Shown here: positions 1 to 13,599 of the stretch, piece after piece
How the letters are laid out: each line of letters opens with the position of its first letter
How positions within the stretch are numbered: position 1 is the stretch's first letter
Source: Octopus sinensis
Taxonomy: Eukaryota
Assembly (NCBI RefSeq): GCF_006345805.1
Contig: NC_043000.1
Span: 146,320,001 to 146,384,000 of the forward strand
DNA length: 64,000 nt
Reading direction: 5' to 3'
Notes under the pieces: generated by a model
Database searches by the model: none
What the model was told of the DNA's origin: nothing
Seen by the model: only the letters and a program-made list of their open reading frames with translations
Program-made: the position numbers and the translations under genes

Positions 1-636
1 ATATATATATAAAATGCAAAGTATCTCATGTTTAGTCGTCCTGGTTCCTTGGATATGTATTTGCGTTTATAATAAAGCTTAGAAATATCCTCTCCACATT
101 CCTCTTTTTTTTACTTTCTTCTTCCAATTTTATTTCTAAATCTTTGCCCTAATCATTGTTTTCTCACGCGCACTCTTTCATTCACATCATTCTGTTACCT
201 TCATACGTAAAACATCCGACATTATCGTGTACATGTCAATATAACTAAGTTTATTTCTAACCAGAACCTTCACAAGGACTAAGAACCTAAGTCAAGTATC
301 TCAAGCATGAGGACAAGGCGAAGTAATATCACTATAATTGCATTTAAATCTGCATCAGAAACTCAGCTACACTTTCCAGTATTTAGTTCTTTACTTTATT
401 ATAAACTCAAAATTCTTGCAACGGGATTTGAACATTTGCATTGATTGCTATTGTGAATATACAATAAGAGCCTGTATCTTATTCCGTATGTCATTTTTTT
501 CCCTTCATTCATCTACCTAAAGGGGTTTTGAAATTCAGAACACGCGATACAGCCTGTTGAGATTTCGCTAACTCAGGCTATATATCAGAATTTCTATCTC
601 TCCCTCATTCTCCCTTTCTCTTTCTCTCCCTCTATT

Positions 637-639
<3 letters not shown>

Positions 640-674
<35 letters not shown>

Positions 675-702
675 AAACATACATACATACGCACATTCCT
701 AT

Positions 703-788
<86 letters not shown>

Positions 789-830
789 TATATATGTATT
801 CACTCATACACGCGTATACATATATACATA
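640..830. repeat. (TA)n-dominated microsatellite block, one of many in the window
   Basis: Long TA runs with CATA interruptions. They explain the YI/IY-repeat ORFs at 568-966 and 1019-1219. Confidence 0.95.
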
Positions 831-1120
831 TCATATATTTGTTTGCTTGTCGTAAATTCAATAACAGCATTAAGAAAATAAACAGCGAGATATCTTTAAG
901 TATTCTTAGAATGGAACATGATATATAGTGTGTATAAATTGATTCAATATCGATATAATATATCAAGATGAATCATCAAATAAAATATATCAAACATGAT
1001 GATTGGTGAAAGATTCGTTTGATAGATACTGACATTAAATATTTCGTACATTCAGATTTTTTCTGCTTCATTTATCCTATTCTTTCTTCTGTTGTGTTTT
1101 TGATTTTGTTTCTTCTTATT

Positions 1121-1198
<78 letters not shown>

Positions 1199-1592
1199 TT
1201 TCTTGGTTTTGTTCTTTGAAGATCTAGAACAGCAAAGATGCCTGACATTTCAAGTAAAAATCATTCCGCCGTGGGCTATAAGATTTCAGTGAAATAGTAT
1301 TCATTGTCATAAAAGAGAATGCTCTCGACGAGGAGGAGTTAGAAAAGATTGTTCGTAGCAGTAGATATTTATGAAGATCTTTATTTAAGGAGATTTTGCA
1401 TTATGCTTCAGCAAAATTAAAAACTGATTTCAATGTCACTACGATAGAAATACTTGTTAATACAATCTTTCAAAATGTAACGTTTAAGCCAAGATTCTTT
1501 GTGTAGCCAAAAACAGAAGAAAACACCCTAAAACTATTTGAATATATTCTATTTTCACACGTATAATTTTATCTCCCGTATTCTTTTCTACT

Positions 1593-2388
1593 CCCGAAAA
1601 TTTGGGAGAGGGGGGCCAGTCGATTAGATCGACAACAGTACACAAGTGGTACTTAATTTATCGACCCCGAAAGGATGAAAGGCAAAGTCGACCTCGGTGG
1701 AATTTGAACTCAGAATGTAAAGACAGACGAAATACCTATTTCTTTACTACCCACAAGGGGCTAAACACAGAGAGGACAAACAAGGACAGACAAACGGATT
1801 AGTCGATTATAACGACCCCAGTGCGTAATGGTGCTTATTTAATTGACCCCGAAAGGATGAAAGGCAAAGTAGACCTCGGCGGAATTTGAACTCAGAACGT
1901 AGCGGCAGACGAAATACCTATTTCTTTACTGCATAAAAGTGGCTACACACAGAGAGGACAAACAAGGACAGACAAACGGATTAGTCGATTATATCGATCC
2001 CAGTGCGTAACTGGCACTTATTTAATCGACCCCGAAAGGATGAAAGGCAAAGTCGACCTCGGCGGAATTTGAACTCACAACGTAACGGCAGACGAAATAC
2101 CGCTAAGCATTTCACCCGGCGTGCTAACGTTTCTGCCAGCACACCGCCTGAAATACCTATTTCTTTACTACCCACAAGGGGCTAAACACAGAGAGGACAA
2201 ACAAGGACAGACAAACGGATTAAGTCGATTATATCGACCCCAGTGCGTAACTGGTACTTATTTAATCGACCCCGAAAGGATGAAAGGCAAAGTTGACCTC
2301 GGTGGAATTTGAACGCAGAACGTAGCGGCAGACGAAATACCGCTAAGCCTTTCGACAGGTGTGCTAACCTTTCTGTCAGCTCGCCGCC
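1593..2388 (-). mobile_element. Tandem array of four SINE family A units (tRNA-headed, Meta-domain-like body)
   Basis: Minus-strand head GGCGGCGAGCTG..GAGTTCAAATTCC with a B-box-like motif; body GCCTTTCATCCTTTCGGGGTCGAT..AAGTACCAG repeated four times; tail ..TTAGCCCCTTGTGGGTAGTAAAGAAATAGGTATTTC. The Meta-domain label is from recalled similarity. Confidence 0.9.
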
Positions 2389-2782
2389 TTTTTTCTCCCA
2401 TATTTTCTTCGTTTCATATATATGCATGTATATACGTGCACGTGTGTGAGAGAGTGAGTGAGAGAGATAGAGAGAAATTGTAGGAGATGAGTGTGATAAA
2501 TTTTATCGTTCTTTTAGAATAACAGGTCTGTGTGTGTCAGTCAAAAATCACCAATATTCCAAAATAAGCAGGAATTCTGAATAAAGTAGTTAATTAATAC
2601 CACAAACCCTAGTACACAATAGCTATCGGCCCCGAAAGAATGAGAAGCAAAATTGAGCTTGACCCGATACGAAATCAGAATGTAAGGTGTTGGAACATCT
2701 ACCTAAAGGCAGTTTTCGAAATTTTCTAACGATACGGCTTTCTCAGAGTCTTTTTGTTGCAATAAACAATTAAATGGATATA

Positions 2783-3163
2783 TGGAAGCACTCCGTCGGT
2801 TACGACGACGAGGGTTCCAGTTGATCCGATCAACGGAACAGCCTGCTCGTGAAATTAACGTGTAAGTGGCTGAGCACTCCACAGACACGTGTACCCTTAA
2901 CGCAGTTCTCGGGGATATTCAGCGTGCCACAGAGAGTGACAAGGCCGGCCCTTTGAAATACAGGTACAACAGAAACAGGAAGTAAGAGTGAGAGAAAGTT
3001 GTGGTGAAAGAGTACAGCAGGGATCACCACCATCCCCTGCCGGAGCATCGTGGAGCTTTAAGTGTTTTCGCTCAATAAACACTCACAACGCCCGGTCTGG
3101 GAATCGAAACCGCGATCCTACGACCGCGAGTCCGCTGCCCTAACCACTGGGCCATTGTACCTC
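2783..3163 (-). mobile_element. SINE family C (about 385 bp, tRNA-derived head), full length with TSD
   Basis: Near-identical to the copies at 19374, 42978 and 58675. AAACAATTAAAT occurs on both flanks. Confidence 0.92.
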
Positions 3164-3593
3164 TACAAACAATTAAATAACGGTTTCTGTTTTAGAGACA
3201 AGACAGTTTTGAAAAATGATTATCCAATATCAACTGAGCTTGGTAGTTGACTCGTACTCAACTCTATGAACCGCAAAAGAATGACAGTTAAAAATCGACC
3301 TCAGAATAATTGGAGCTCAAAACGTAATAACGGGCGAAATGCCATTAAGCATGCCGTTCAGTGTGCAAACGATTCTGTCAGCTCGCCTTGTGTTATTAAG
3401 AGGTTTTATTAAATGTACAATGCAACCTAATTCGAAGTGATAGAACAGAAGATTAAATCAAGTCCAGTAAATCATTGTTACTTTATCGAATGAGCTCACT
3501 TCCAGTGTAGTTTAGAGATTGGTCCACATACGAGTCACTTTGAGCCAGTTGTTTGAATGGCATGATAGTGAAATTTAATACATGAGATTTGTA

Positions 3594-3643
<50 letters not shown>

Positions 3644-3762
3644 ACAAAGAGCAATAAAGATTCAAGTTAATTTTAAAAAATTTACTTGAATATGGTACTT
3701 AACTTAGATGCACCAAAAAAAACTATACTGATTAACAATACAGTAATGTGGGGTGATTATAA

Positions 3763-4839
3763 GCGAGAAAGAAGCAACAAGAATGGATAGGTTTTTAGTA
3801 CGATCGTTTCATACAAGGACAGGTTTTATTAAAAGTTGCAAAGATTACAGCATATAAACGAGTCCGTACTCATCAGCTAAAATACATGTAAGTTCTCTAG
3901 ACATCCTAGTGTTTGAGGCTATACTCATGAAGTAATGTAGATAATTAAACAGATTTCTAAAGTTCATTAAGTTCTTTAAAGATGATGTACAGTCTTATCA
4001 CAGGATTTAAAAAAAGTTTTGATAGCATCACAGAGAAGGTGACCTAATCCATATGAATTTCCATAGATATGATGAGGGATTATATACTCACAGAAGACAA
4101 ATTTATCCATTGTTAATTACAACGGTGGGTCTCAATTCCTGCTTATTAGCATTACAGAGAGGGTGAATTAATCCTTTGTATATGCACAGATTCCAATGGT
4201 GTAGATGTAAATTTCCAGAGAAATGGAGATGAATTTCATATTCACAGGCGATAAATTTTACAATGGTTGAACACAATGAGGTAGGTATCAATCCTTGTTA
4301 TATGATTAGGTATTTGCCACATTAATCACATTACTGCTATTCACAAGAGGCTGTAGCTATTTAACTCTTAAAGGCTGAAGGCTTACTAGATCGGCCAAGA
4401 ATAGAGAAGGGAATATATACAAAGGATTAATTCACCCTCTCTGTAATGCTAATAAGCAGGAATTGAGACCCACCTCGTTGTAATTAACAATGGATAAATT
4501 TGTCTTCTGTGAGTATATAATCCCTCATCATATCTATGGAAATTCATATGGATTAGGTCACCTTCTCTGTGATGCTATCAAAACTTTTTTTAAATCCTGT
4601 GATAAGACTGTACATCATCTTTAAAGAACTTTAATGAACTTTAGAAATCTGTTTAATTATCTACATTACTTCATGAGTATAGCCTCAAACACTAGGATGT
4701 CTAGAGAACTTACATGTATTTTAGCTGATGAGTACGGGACTCGTTTATATGCTGTAATCTTTGCAACTTTTAATAAAACCTGTCCTTGTATGAAACGATC
4801 GTACTAAAAACCTATCCATTCTTGTTGCTTCTTTCTCGC
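3763..4839. repeat. Long near-perfect inverted repeat (arms 3763-4183 and 4415-4839, spacer about 230 bp) over a decayed RT-like fragment
   Basis: The arms are reverse complements, with only 1-2 nt indels seen. The plus strand gives RT-like remnants (VAKI..YKRVR, DLKK.FDSI), a weak RTE-type resemblance. Confidence 0.93.
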
Positions 4840-4939
4840 GTATATATATATATATATATGTACGTGGCATCAATACATCACTCACTGCCCAAAAATGGAA
4901 GTTCCCATATATACAAAGTTTACTTGCCGAAAAGCACAC

Positions 4940-6084
4940 TGCATCCCTTTCTTTATCCTTACAGTAACTCACCTAAACAACACTCATATGGATGCCGAGG
5001 GAAAAATAATAAAACATTCTCCATCATCTGTGCAAATCGCACAGACAGAAATAAAGGAGGAACAGCCATTATTTTCCATGACGTCTTTGAAATTGATGCC
5101 TAGGGTATATTTTCCAATGGCTACTGTAAATCCATATCATTATTCAACAAGGACAACGACATAGCCATTGTAGGTCTCTATACACCCCCAAGCACCACTA
5201 AAGTGCTTTGAAGAAAACCTCAATAAAATCAAGTGCTTCGTTCAAAATACAGCTCTGGAAACATACTGGTGATGGGTGACTTTATCTTCCCTTATGTAAA
5301 CTAACCCACAAATATTCTGATGGTAGGCAACTGCATTAAATCGGATAAAGCAGCAGCAGAACTATTCTTTAATCTAATGGATGGATTTTTCCTGACAAAA
5401 CTAGTGCTCGAACCAGCAAAACAGTATAAAGCGATCCAGGATCTGATATTAACAAACCACTCTAGCTCCTTTCACAGCATTTCTGTTGAAAACCACCCCC
5501 TCTCGGACAACGACTCTGCAACTTTAATTTCCGGCATATCAAAACCAAACCAGTCAATCTCACACCACTGGACTCATTCGACAATATAAACTTCCACATT
5601 GCGGACTGGAAAGCAATTAGAAAAGATCTGTCTTTTATTAACTAGTCCTTCACTCTCATTTCAACTAAGACTGAAACCACATGGCTGTACTTTGAGCTCC
5701 TATACATGATCAAAGCACGCTCCTACGATATTCCCTAGCAGAACCAGAAACAGATTCCCTAGGGAGAAAACACACTCTAGAGCATCAAAAGACTTAATAA
5801 GGAAAACAAACAGTTAAAATACTCCCACAAATAGCATCCGCATTCAACAACAATAAAAGGCTTCATTTGCAGCAACATGAAAACCTGCATTGAAAAATCA
5901 AAGAGCAGCAGAGCAACTAGATAATCAAAAAAATCAAACACAACCCAAAAGTGTTCTATTCATATGCAAATAAGCATAGAAGCAATGTCTCAACCCTAGG
6001 TCTACTGATTGATGATAACTGCTTTCTCCAACAAGATGCTAAAGCAACGGCAGAAGTACTGCAGAAACAATACTGCCCTCTCTC

Positions 6085-6157
<73 letters not shown>

Positions 6158-7855
6158 GTCTCTCTCTCTCTTGTGATCACACTGAAATCGACACAAGGGA
6201 CATAATCTTGGACATAAATTTTACTGATTTAGATATAATAGCAGCAAAAAATGAGATCAAATACTAATTTGCTGTAGGTACTGATTCCCATCTAGACTCC
6301 TGAAGGAATGTAGGCACCAGTTTTCAGTCCCTCTAGCTAGCCAACCTCTGGAGAATTTCTTTAAACTCAATTCATATACCGAAACAGCTCTTATCCCAGT
6401 CTGTCATCTCGCTTTTCAAACAGGGAAACAGATCCCTCGCAGTCTGCTATCGCCCAGTCTCCCACATCATCAAAGTGATTGAAAGGGTGTTAAGATCAGG
6501 GATCTTTGCTTAATGGAGAGCCACAATCTCCTAAATTGAAACCAATATGTCCTTCGCTGGAGCAGGGACTGCCTAACGCAGCTCTTGCACCACGTAGATG
6601 ATGTTCTTAAAGCCTTGCCATCAGGTTCGAATTTTGATATCATTTATCTTGACTTCGGTAAAGCGTTGGATAGAGTCGACCAAAATTGACAAATGTTGGA
6701 ATCCGTGGTAAACTGCTACACTGGATTGAGTATTTCCTGGTGAACGCAACATGTGATCGGTGGAATCTATTCAATCCTAGCAAAGCTCACTAGTGTTGTC
6801 TCTCAGGGGACTTTCTTGAGCCCGCTTCTCTTTATAGTCTATATAAACGTCATAAAACACAGCAATTGAAAATGTTCACTGATGACTCCAAGCTCCAGAA
6901 AATTATCAAGGGAGAAGAAGATCGAACCGAACTCCAGTCCGATCTATATGCTGTAAGTCAATGGGCAGACAAAAAGAAAATGCAACTAAATGAGGGAAAA
7001 TTTGAACTAATGCATTTTGGAAGAACGATTTTGCTAAAATAATCATATTCTCTTCCTCCAAGGAAATCACTCACAGCATTTATTAATATCAGCGTCCTAG
7101 GGCTATTTGGTGACAAAAAATCTCATCTAGTGTGCCCACACGAAGGTCGATATAGCTCGGTGGATGAGCTCCTGGATCATGAGACCCTTCTGTTTCAGAG
7201 AACAAGGTATCATCATTCCTTTTTTCTACTCCTTTTTACGGCCACACATCGAATACTACTGACCCCTGTGATCTCCCCATACAAAACAAAACATTTCGGA
7301 CATTGAATAACCCCAGAGGGCATTCACTAAAAGAATTAAGAGCATAACTGATCTTCATTATTGGGACTGCCTTAAAGTATTGAAATTATATTCTCCCTAG
7401 CGCCGTCGTGAGCGATACATCATTTGCACGATGTGGAGAATATGAAACGAGCATTGCCCAAACGACCTCAATATTAGTTTCAGAATTCATCCACGGCTAG
7501 AACCAAGGGCCATACGTCCTCTGCCCAATTCAGGAACACAGCACATAAACATACTGCAACGCGATTGCTTTTCCTCACGAGATCCTTCCCTGTTTAACAA
7601 TGTCCCAAAACAGATCAAAGAGCAAGAGAATCCCATCACATTTAACCGGAATCTGGACAAATTTCTTCAAGGAATACCAGATAAGCCACCTATAATTGGA
7701 CACAACTCACTTGACAAAAGGTCCCTACTCGAATGGAGCAAGATACCATAAAACTTGACTTAAATGGATTTAGCTAATCCTATCAGGTGGTCCTATCAAG
7801 TTAGATATGTGCTGGACCAATCTTTTGTAGAAACATATCTAGGTTATCTAAGTTT
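4940..7855 (+). mobile_element. Decayed CR1-group LINE ORF2 (APE endonuclease plus reverse transcriptase), many stops and frameshifts
   Basis: Endonuclease motifs RTDRNKGGTAII, VMGDF, DLILTN and SD(H/N). RT motifs YRPVS, IYLDFGKALDRVD, QGTFLSPLLFIVYIN, FTDDSKL, RPHIEY and RRRERY in the expected order. Interrupted by (CT)n(TA)n at about 6077-6170. Confidence 0.9.
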
Positions 7856-7897
7856 TATATATATTTGTGGGTGGGGAATATGTATGTACACACACAC

Positions 7898-7933
<36 letters not shown>

Positions 7934-8174
7934 ATTTGCATTGAGAACACTTCCCATCGCCAACCGGTGTTTCTCACACGCTGACAACGGGTCAATACTC
8001 AGAAACTCGGGTCTGTGTGTATCACGTCAGGCTGGAGATGGGAACGATAACTTCCGTTTGCAAATACTGATAGGGCACAGATAGTGTCAATAACAAGCTG
8101 GAGGAGATTCTTCCTAGGGCTACAACAGTATCATCAACCCTTAAGAGTTAGACACATTTAGGTGTCAAATATAT

Positions 8175-8216
<42 letters not shown>

Positions 8217-8585
8217 GACTGTTTTTTACTTGTTTTTTACTTCTTTCAGTAGCTGGAGTATGGTTATGCCGTGCTAGCAATTCACGAATCAACCCCAACC
8301 CAGATATCGTTTGGAGTTTCGTAACGGATTCTTTTGTCGTCGTGATAATTTTCCGGAAATTTAACAAACAAGCACCGGTTGATAAGAGGAGAGGAGTAAT
8401 TGAGAAAATTCGCAAATTTTTTCAGAAGATATTTCTCGACCTTGGGCTACAGTTGAACCCACTTTCACCACTTTCCGAAGATGCTGCGCATTGGGATAGA
8501 ACCGGAAATCACCTAGTTGCAAAACGAACGACAGAAGTTCGCAGTATATATATATATATATAATAGTGTACAAACTATTTACTTA

Positions 8586-9434
8586 TATATTCACGAAAGG
8601 TATTGACTTTGACACGACACCTTACCTGCTAGAAAGGGCAGTTAAAGCTCAACTTCCGAATAACAGCAATTTCAAAAGGAATGAAAATAATACTTTTGTA
8701 GTTACCCTCAAATTCGAGTATCTGTATCAAAGTACAAAATAAATCAATTTACCATCCGCATTGATTTTACCGCCCTATACTGAAGTACGGATGGCAAATT
8801 AATATATTTTGCACATTGATACAGAAACTCTAGTGTGAGGGTAACTACTTTGAAATTGCACTTATTCGAGGTTTGGGCTTTAACTGCCCCTTCTAGCATG
8901 TAAGGTGCCCTGTTAAAGGTCACCTCTTTCGTGTATAAATTAGTAAATTATTTGTACACTCTTATATATTAATATATATAGTCTATTAACTTTATTATGC
9001 TTGCTAGCCACCGGTATGAAAATTTTATAAATGTTCTACCCTTATTATTTTCACAGTAAAATTTTAGTAGTTTCGAAGCCTTTCTGCTACGCACTTAATG
9101 CATAAATATGCATTAATTTTAAAGCCTTCACTAAAGAGTACGGATGGCAACATTAATTTCTTTTGCACATGGATACAGAAATTTGAGTCTGAGAGTAACT
9201 ACAAAAATATTTATTTTTTATTTTCATTACCTTTGAAATTGCTCTTATTCGTGGTTTGGGATTTAACTGCACTTTCTAGCATGTAAGATGTCCTTTTAGA
9301 GGTCACCTCTGTTTGTACACTATTATATATGAAAATATGTTGTCTATTGATTTTATTACGCATGCTAACCACCGGTAAGAAAACTTTTCTAAATTTTCTA
9401 CCCTTATTATTTTCATAGTATATATACATCTATA

Positions 9435-9470
<36 letters not shown>

Positions 9471-10056
9471 CAACTAATAAGCCGTACCCGTTCAGAATAC
9501 AATTTACTCAACTGCACGCTAAATTTCCTGGTTCTTATGCACTAAGCCACTTGGTGTTAAATGGATATACTATTAAATTAGTATCCAATTTTCTTACCCT
9601 TATTAGTTGATTGTAATTATACTACATTTAATTTTGGATGTAGTATCTGTTTCCGTGAATTTTGGCGGGCTGTGGCAGGGGCACTTGAATTATAACAGCG
9701 AATGCAATCGACTGAACCGCACGTGTGTTTATCGTTATTGTAAAATCTAGCGTGCGGTTGAGTAAATTGTATTCTGGACGGGTTCGGCTGAAGAGCTACA
9801 GATATGTTATGTGAGTAAAATTACATAATTTATTAATAGCGAAACAATTGTCCTGAACTAATCTGCATTTTTGTTATTTATATTTGCCCTGTTCGTTTGC
9901 GCTAGTCGTCGTGCTAACTTTCATCGGAAACAATTCTTTGTGGCTGAAACCTAGCGGATCTATTTTTAGTGCTAGAGTCGACCACATAGTGGTTACACTC
10001 TTATATTTATATATATATATACTATGAAAATAATAAGGGTAGAAAATTTAGAAATA
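8586..10056. mobile_element. Nested foldback/MITE-like complex
   Basis: Imperfect palindrome at 8586-8937. A direct duplication covers about 8790-9060 vs 9135-9420. There is an inverted pair at about 9481-9527 / 9743-9788. The motif TACTATGAAAATAATAAGGGTAGAAAATT occurs inverted at about 9390-9420 and 10019-10050. Confidence 0.65.
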
Positions 10057-10985
10057 TATATGTATGTATGTTTGTATGTTTATGCGTATGTATGGTTTAT
10101 TTTCTGTTAAAGTAAGCTAAACAACTTACTCCATCCAGTGAGCAACAGATATCATTTAATGTAAACAGTATAAAGATACGAGCTACTAGTATTTTCTTAT
10201 TGTGGAGGTACATGTCTTGGCTGGGTTTTTTAAGACGTGACTTGTGTATTCAAGCAATATTTAAGCTCTGAGCATATGGTCTGTTCTATTTGACAGTCCG
10301 GACGGTGAAACACGAGTAATCACGAGAAAACAATCGAGAAGGTTGCTGTAAAAGTACGAATACGAACAGTAAAACAAAGAAAAGAAATTGAATTAAAGTT
10401 ACGTCCCTTTTGACCGTAAAAACAATAGTTTAACTAGTTTTCGCAGCGACTTAGTGGCTAACCATTTAGGAGCTTTTGCAGAACAACTGCAAACTATATA
10501 CAGTCAAATAGGAATCATATGCTGTACATGCTATACATAAGTGAATCTAAAAAATCCTATCTATGCGTAACTGAAAGAGTGCACATAATTCTAGATCCGA
10601 AACTTTCAGCAAATGCAAGCATGCGGAGAAATTTCGTTTGGCGAACTGGAGGACACCACCTACTCCGCTTTGAACTGTTGTCTTGCAGATCTTGTATTGT
10701 TCTCCGCTGATTTATTCTACCACAACCATTAGTTTAATTATTTAATTATTTAATTAATTTCCTTTCTTTTTCACTTTTCGCACTTCCACTTCTTTGCATA
10801 AAATTTCGCATTTTGTCTCGTGATTTCTCATGTATCAGAGTCTTGATTTTCAAATACAACTGACCATGTGCACAGACACAGAAGATTGCTTCACGATACA
10901 AGGCGTGTTGTGAAAATCTCTCTAGACACGTGTCATCACACCAAGAAACTATCAGTAGCTAGTATCTTTATGCAGTGTATATTAA

Positions 10986-11022
<37 letters not shown>

Positions 11023-11402
11023 TGCTTGAGAGTGTTTGTGTGTGTGTTTGTGTGTGCATTATATCATAACATATTAATTTATTTCTGTATGTGTGTGCCT
11101 ATTTGATGTACCCGTGTTTGCATCGCCTACCTTCGACAAAGGCACAGCAATAGAATAAATACTTGTCTTCAAAATATTTACTGTGAGACATTTTTATTGG
11201 GTTCAATATAAAGTGTGAAGCCATAAAAGTAGCAAGTGCATACCACAAATACTCTATTGATAGAACAATGCCATACATTCTGAGTACATATAAATGTATG
11301 TCTTGTGTCCATTTTAGAAAGAGAGAAAATACACGATGTAAGACAGTAAGATGTAATTCTGAACATAATGCAATATAAATATAATCCTAGTAGTAATGAT
11401 TG

Positions 11403-11468
<66 letters not shown>

Positions 11469-11489
11469 TAGATAGATAGATATATATAG

Positions 11490-11567
<78 letters not shown>

Positions 11568-12373
11568 CAAGAATGAAGAAGCTGGCGGAGAGTGTAGTCG
11601 ATTAAATCATCTCACGTACTTTAGTGCTACATATTTTCTCTGAGGCGGGATGAGAAATAAACTTCAAAATGAAACTAACCTGAGATATCTAATTAATGCA
11701 ATATTTTTGAGCGACAGCAAGCTTGAGTTTCTTCTCTCAAATGATAATAACGTTAAAAATGTTATTAATATATTCTGACATAAGAGCAAGGCCAAACTTT
11801 TCGGGAAATATATTGAGTTTTAGAGTGGCAACAATGTTTGACATGTATTTCAGTTCATCGACCCAGAATGATAAAACGTTGAATTAACTACAGCAAAATA
11901 CTTTCAGGCATTTAATGTGGAAACCGAATCTGCACATCGCCATTCTAACAGCGAGCTATTGATTAAGGAAATATGCAGGGTGGAACAGATTTGAAATGGA
12001 ATTAATTAGGACTGGAACAAGCAGGTATATTTAGGAAATTGTATAATATATTGCCAAGGTACAAATGAAATGTGCCCTATCATAGCATGACATTGTTTAT
12101 TGTTGTTCAATCGAACGATGTATTTTTTAAAATTATCAGTAAAAGTTCAACAGTTCAGAATTTGGGAATGATAACTTGTTACATATTCTTACATAAGTTG
12201 TTTAGGTTTGTGGTTGTAATTATAAGATTTTTTTTATTATTCTTCGATGAAGAAAAGGTTTTATGCCTCATCAACATTAATATGGATTTTGTTTCATCTG
12301 ATGCCGATGGTTCTCTTTAAACAGTGTAGTGGAATAATTAATTCAAACTGATTGCAAATATTTTTTTGCTTCT

Positions 12374-12666
12374 GTATGTGTATGGCTTCCGCTCTGTTCA
12401 ATGCCTGCATGGACTGGATATTTGGCTGGATCGTGGTTCGATTGAGTTGTGGTGTACTCGCTGGAGAGTCCAGGATCAGTGACCTCGATTTCGCTAATGA
12501 TGCTCTTATTTTTGTTGAGTCTCTGTATGTCTTAAGGAATAAGGAAGCAGAACCACTTGGCCTTAGGATTTCTTGGGTGAAAACAAACATCCAATCTTTC
12601 GCTGGTTTCCTTGTCGTCTCCTTCTCGTCTGTCTCTGTTGCAGTTGAGAATGTTACAGTTGCCGAA
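12374..12666 (+). mobile_element. RTE-clade LINE RT fragment (5' part, split by a SINE)
   Basis: ALFNACMDWIFG..ISDLDFAND..LGLRISWVKT matches the RTE RT palm. Confidence 0.88.
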
Positions 12667-13088
12667 TACTCTTTTACTCTTTTACTCTTTTACTTGTTTC
12701 AGTCATTTGACTGCGGCCATGCTGGAGCACCGCCTTTAGTCGAGCAACTCGACCCCAGGACTTATTCTTTGTAAGCCCAGTACTTATTCTATCGGTCTCT
12801 TTTGCCGAACCGCTAAGTGACGGGGACGTAAACACACCAGCATCGGTAGTCAAGCAATGCTAGGAGGACAAACGCACACACACACAAACACACACACATA
12901 CACACACATATATATATATACATATATATGACGAGCTTCTTTCAGTTTCCGTCTACCAAATCCACTCACAAGGCATTGGTCGGCCCGGGGCTATAGCAGA
13001 AGACACTTGCCCAAGATGCCATGCAGTGGGTCTGAACCCGGAACCATGTGGTTGGTTAGCAAGCTACTTACCACACAGCCACTCCTGC
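12667..13088 (-). mobile_element. SINE family B (bipartite, central CA/TA microsatellite) inserted into the RTE
   Basis: Head GCAGGAGTGGCTGTGTGGTAAGTAGC..GGTTCAG, CORE-like CCTTGGGCAAG segment and (AGTAAAAG)n tail. Same family as the copies at 32886, 45838, 50944 and 57548. Confidence 0.92.
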
Positions 13089-13597
13089 TTCACATATCTC
13101 GACAGCATGGTCCATAGTAGCATTAGCTGCGAGTCTGACATCTCGTAGCTAAGCGGAAGGAGAAAGATTCAGATCTTCATGTCTGAGTTCTCCTTCTGCT
13201 ATTCTATAGTTTCAAAACTTCGACACTGTTCAGAGCCCTTAGGGGCTACCTGAAGTCCTTGGCGTTGCAGAATTATGGACCAGGTTTTCACATCCAACTA
13301 ACGACTATATTCAGAAAGTGGTGTTACTTGTATGATCTGGGGACGTTATCTAAGACTGTTTGGTCATGCTGCTCGAATTTTCAAAAAGCATCGGGAATAT
13401 GTACCATGTTCTCTCACTGAGGTGATGGCTGGGGTGACGGCTTATGCTGTTCGGCCTCATGCCTTACGGTCACGGTGAATGAGAAAGTATTTCGCAGAAA
13501 TGAGAGCTGGCTGGGATATTACTCGGAAGGTCTCCCTGGTTAATTCTAGCACATACCCACAAATGGTGGAGGCAGCGACATACTGCAACAGTGTACG
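13089..13597 (+). mobile_element. RTE-clade LINE 3' part (decayed)
   Basis: Resumes with FTYLDSMVH, then LRLFGHAAR and MVEAATYCNSV, typical of the RTE ORF C-terminus. Confidence 0.8.
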
Positions 13598-13599
13598 AA

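Noticed and set aside
1729-2330. CRISPR-like regular repeats
   Set aside because: The units are about 180-240 bp SINE copies without unique spacers, in eukaryotic DNA with no cas genes.
2830-3048. Recurring ORF MVVIPAVLFHHNFLSLLLPV.. in four places
   Set aside because: It is the body of SINE family C, not a gene family.
4726-4750. CTGATGA GTACGGGAC as a hammerhead core (also in the other arm)
   Set aside because: No GAAA after the putative stem II and no stem I/III pairing.
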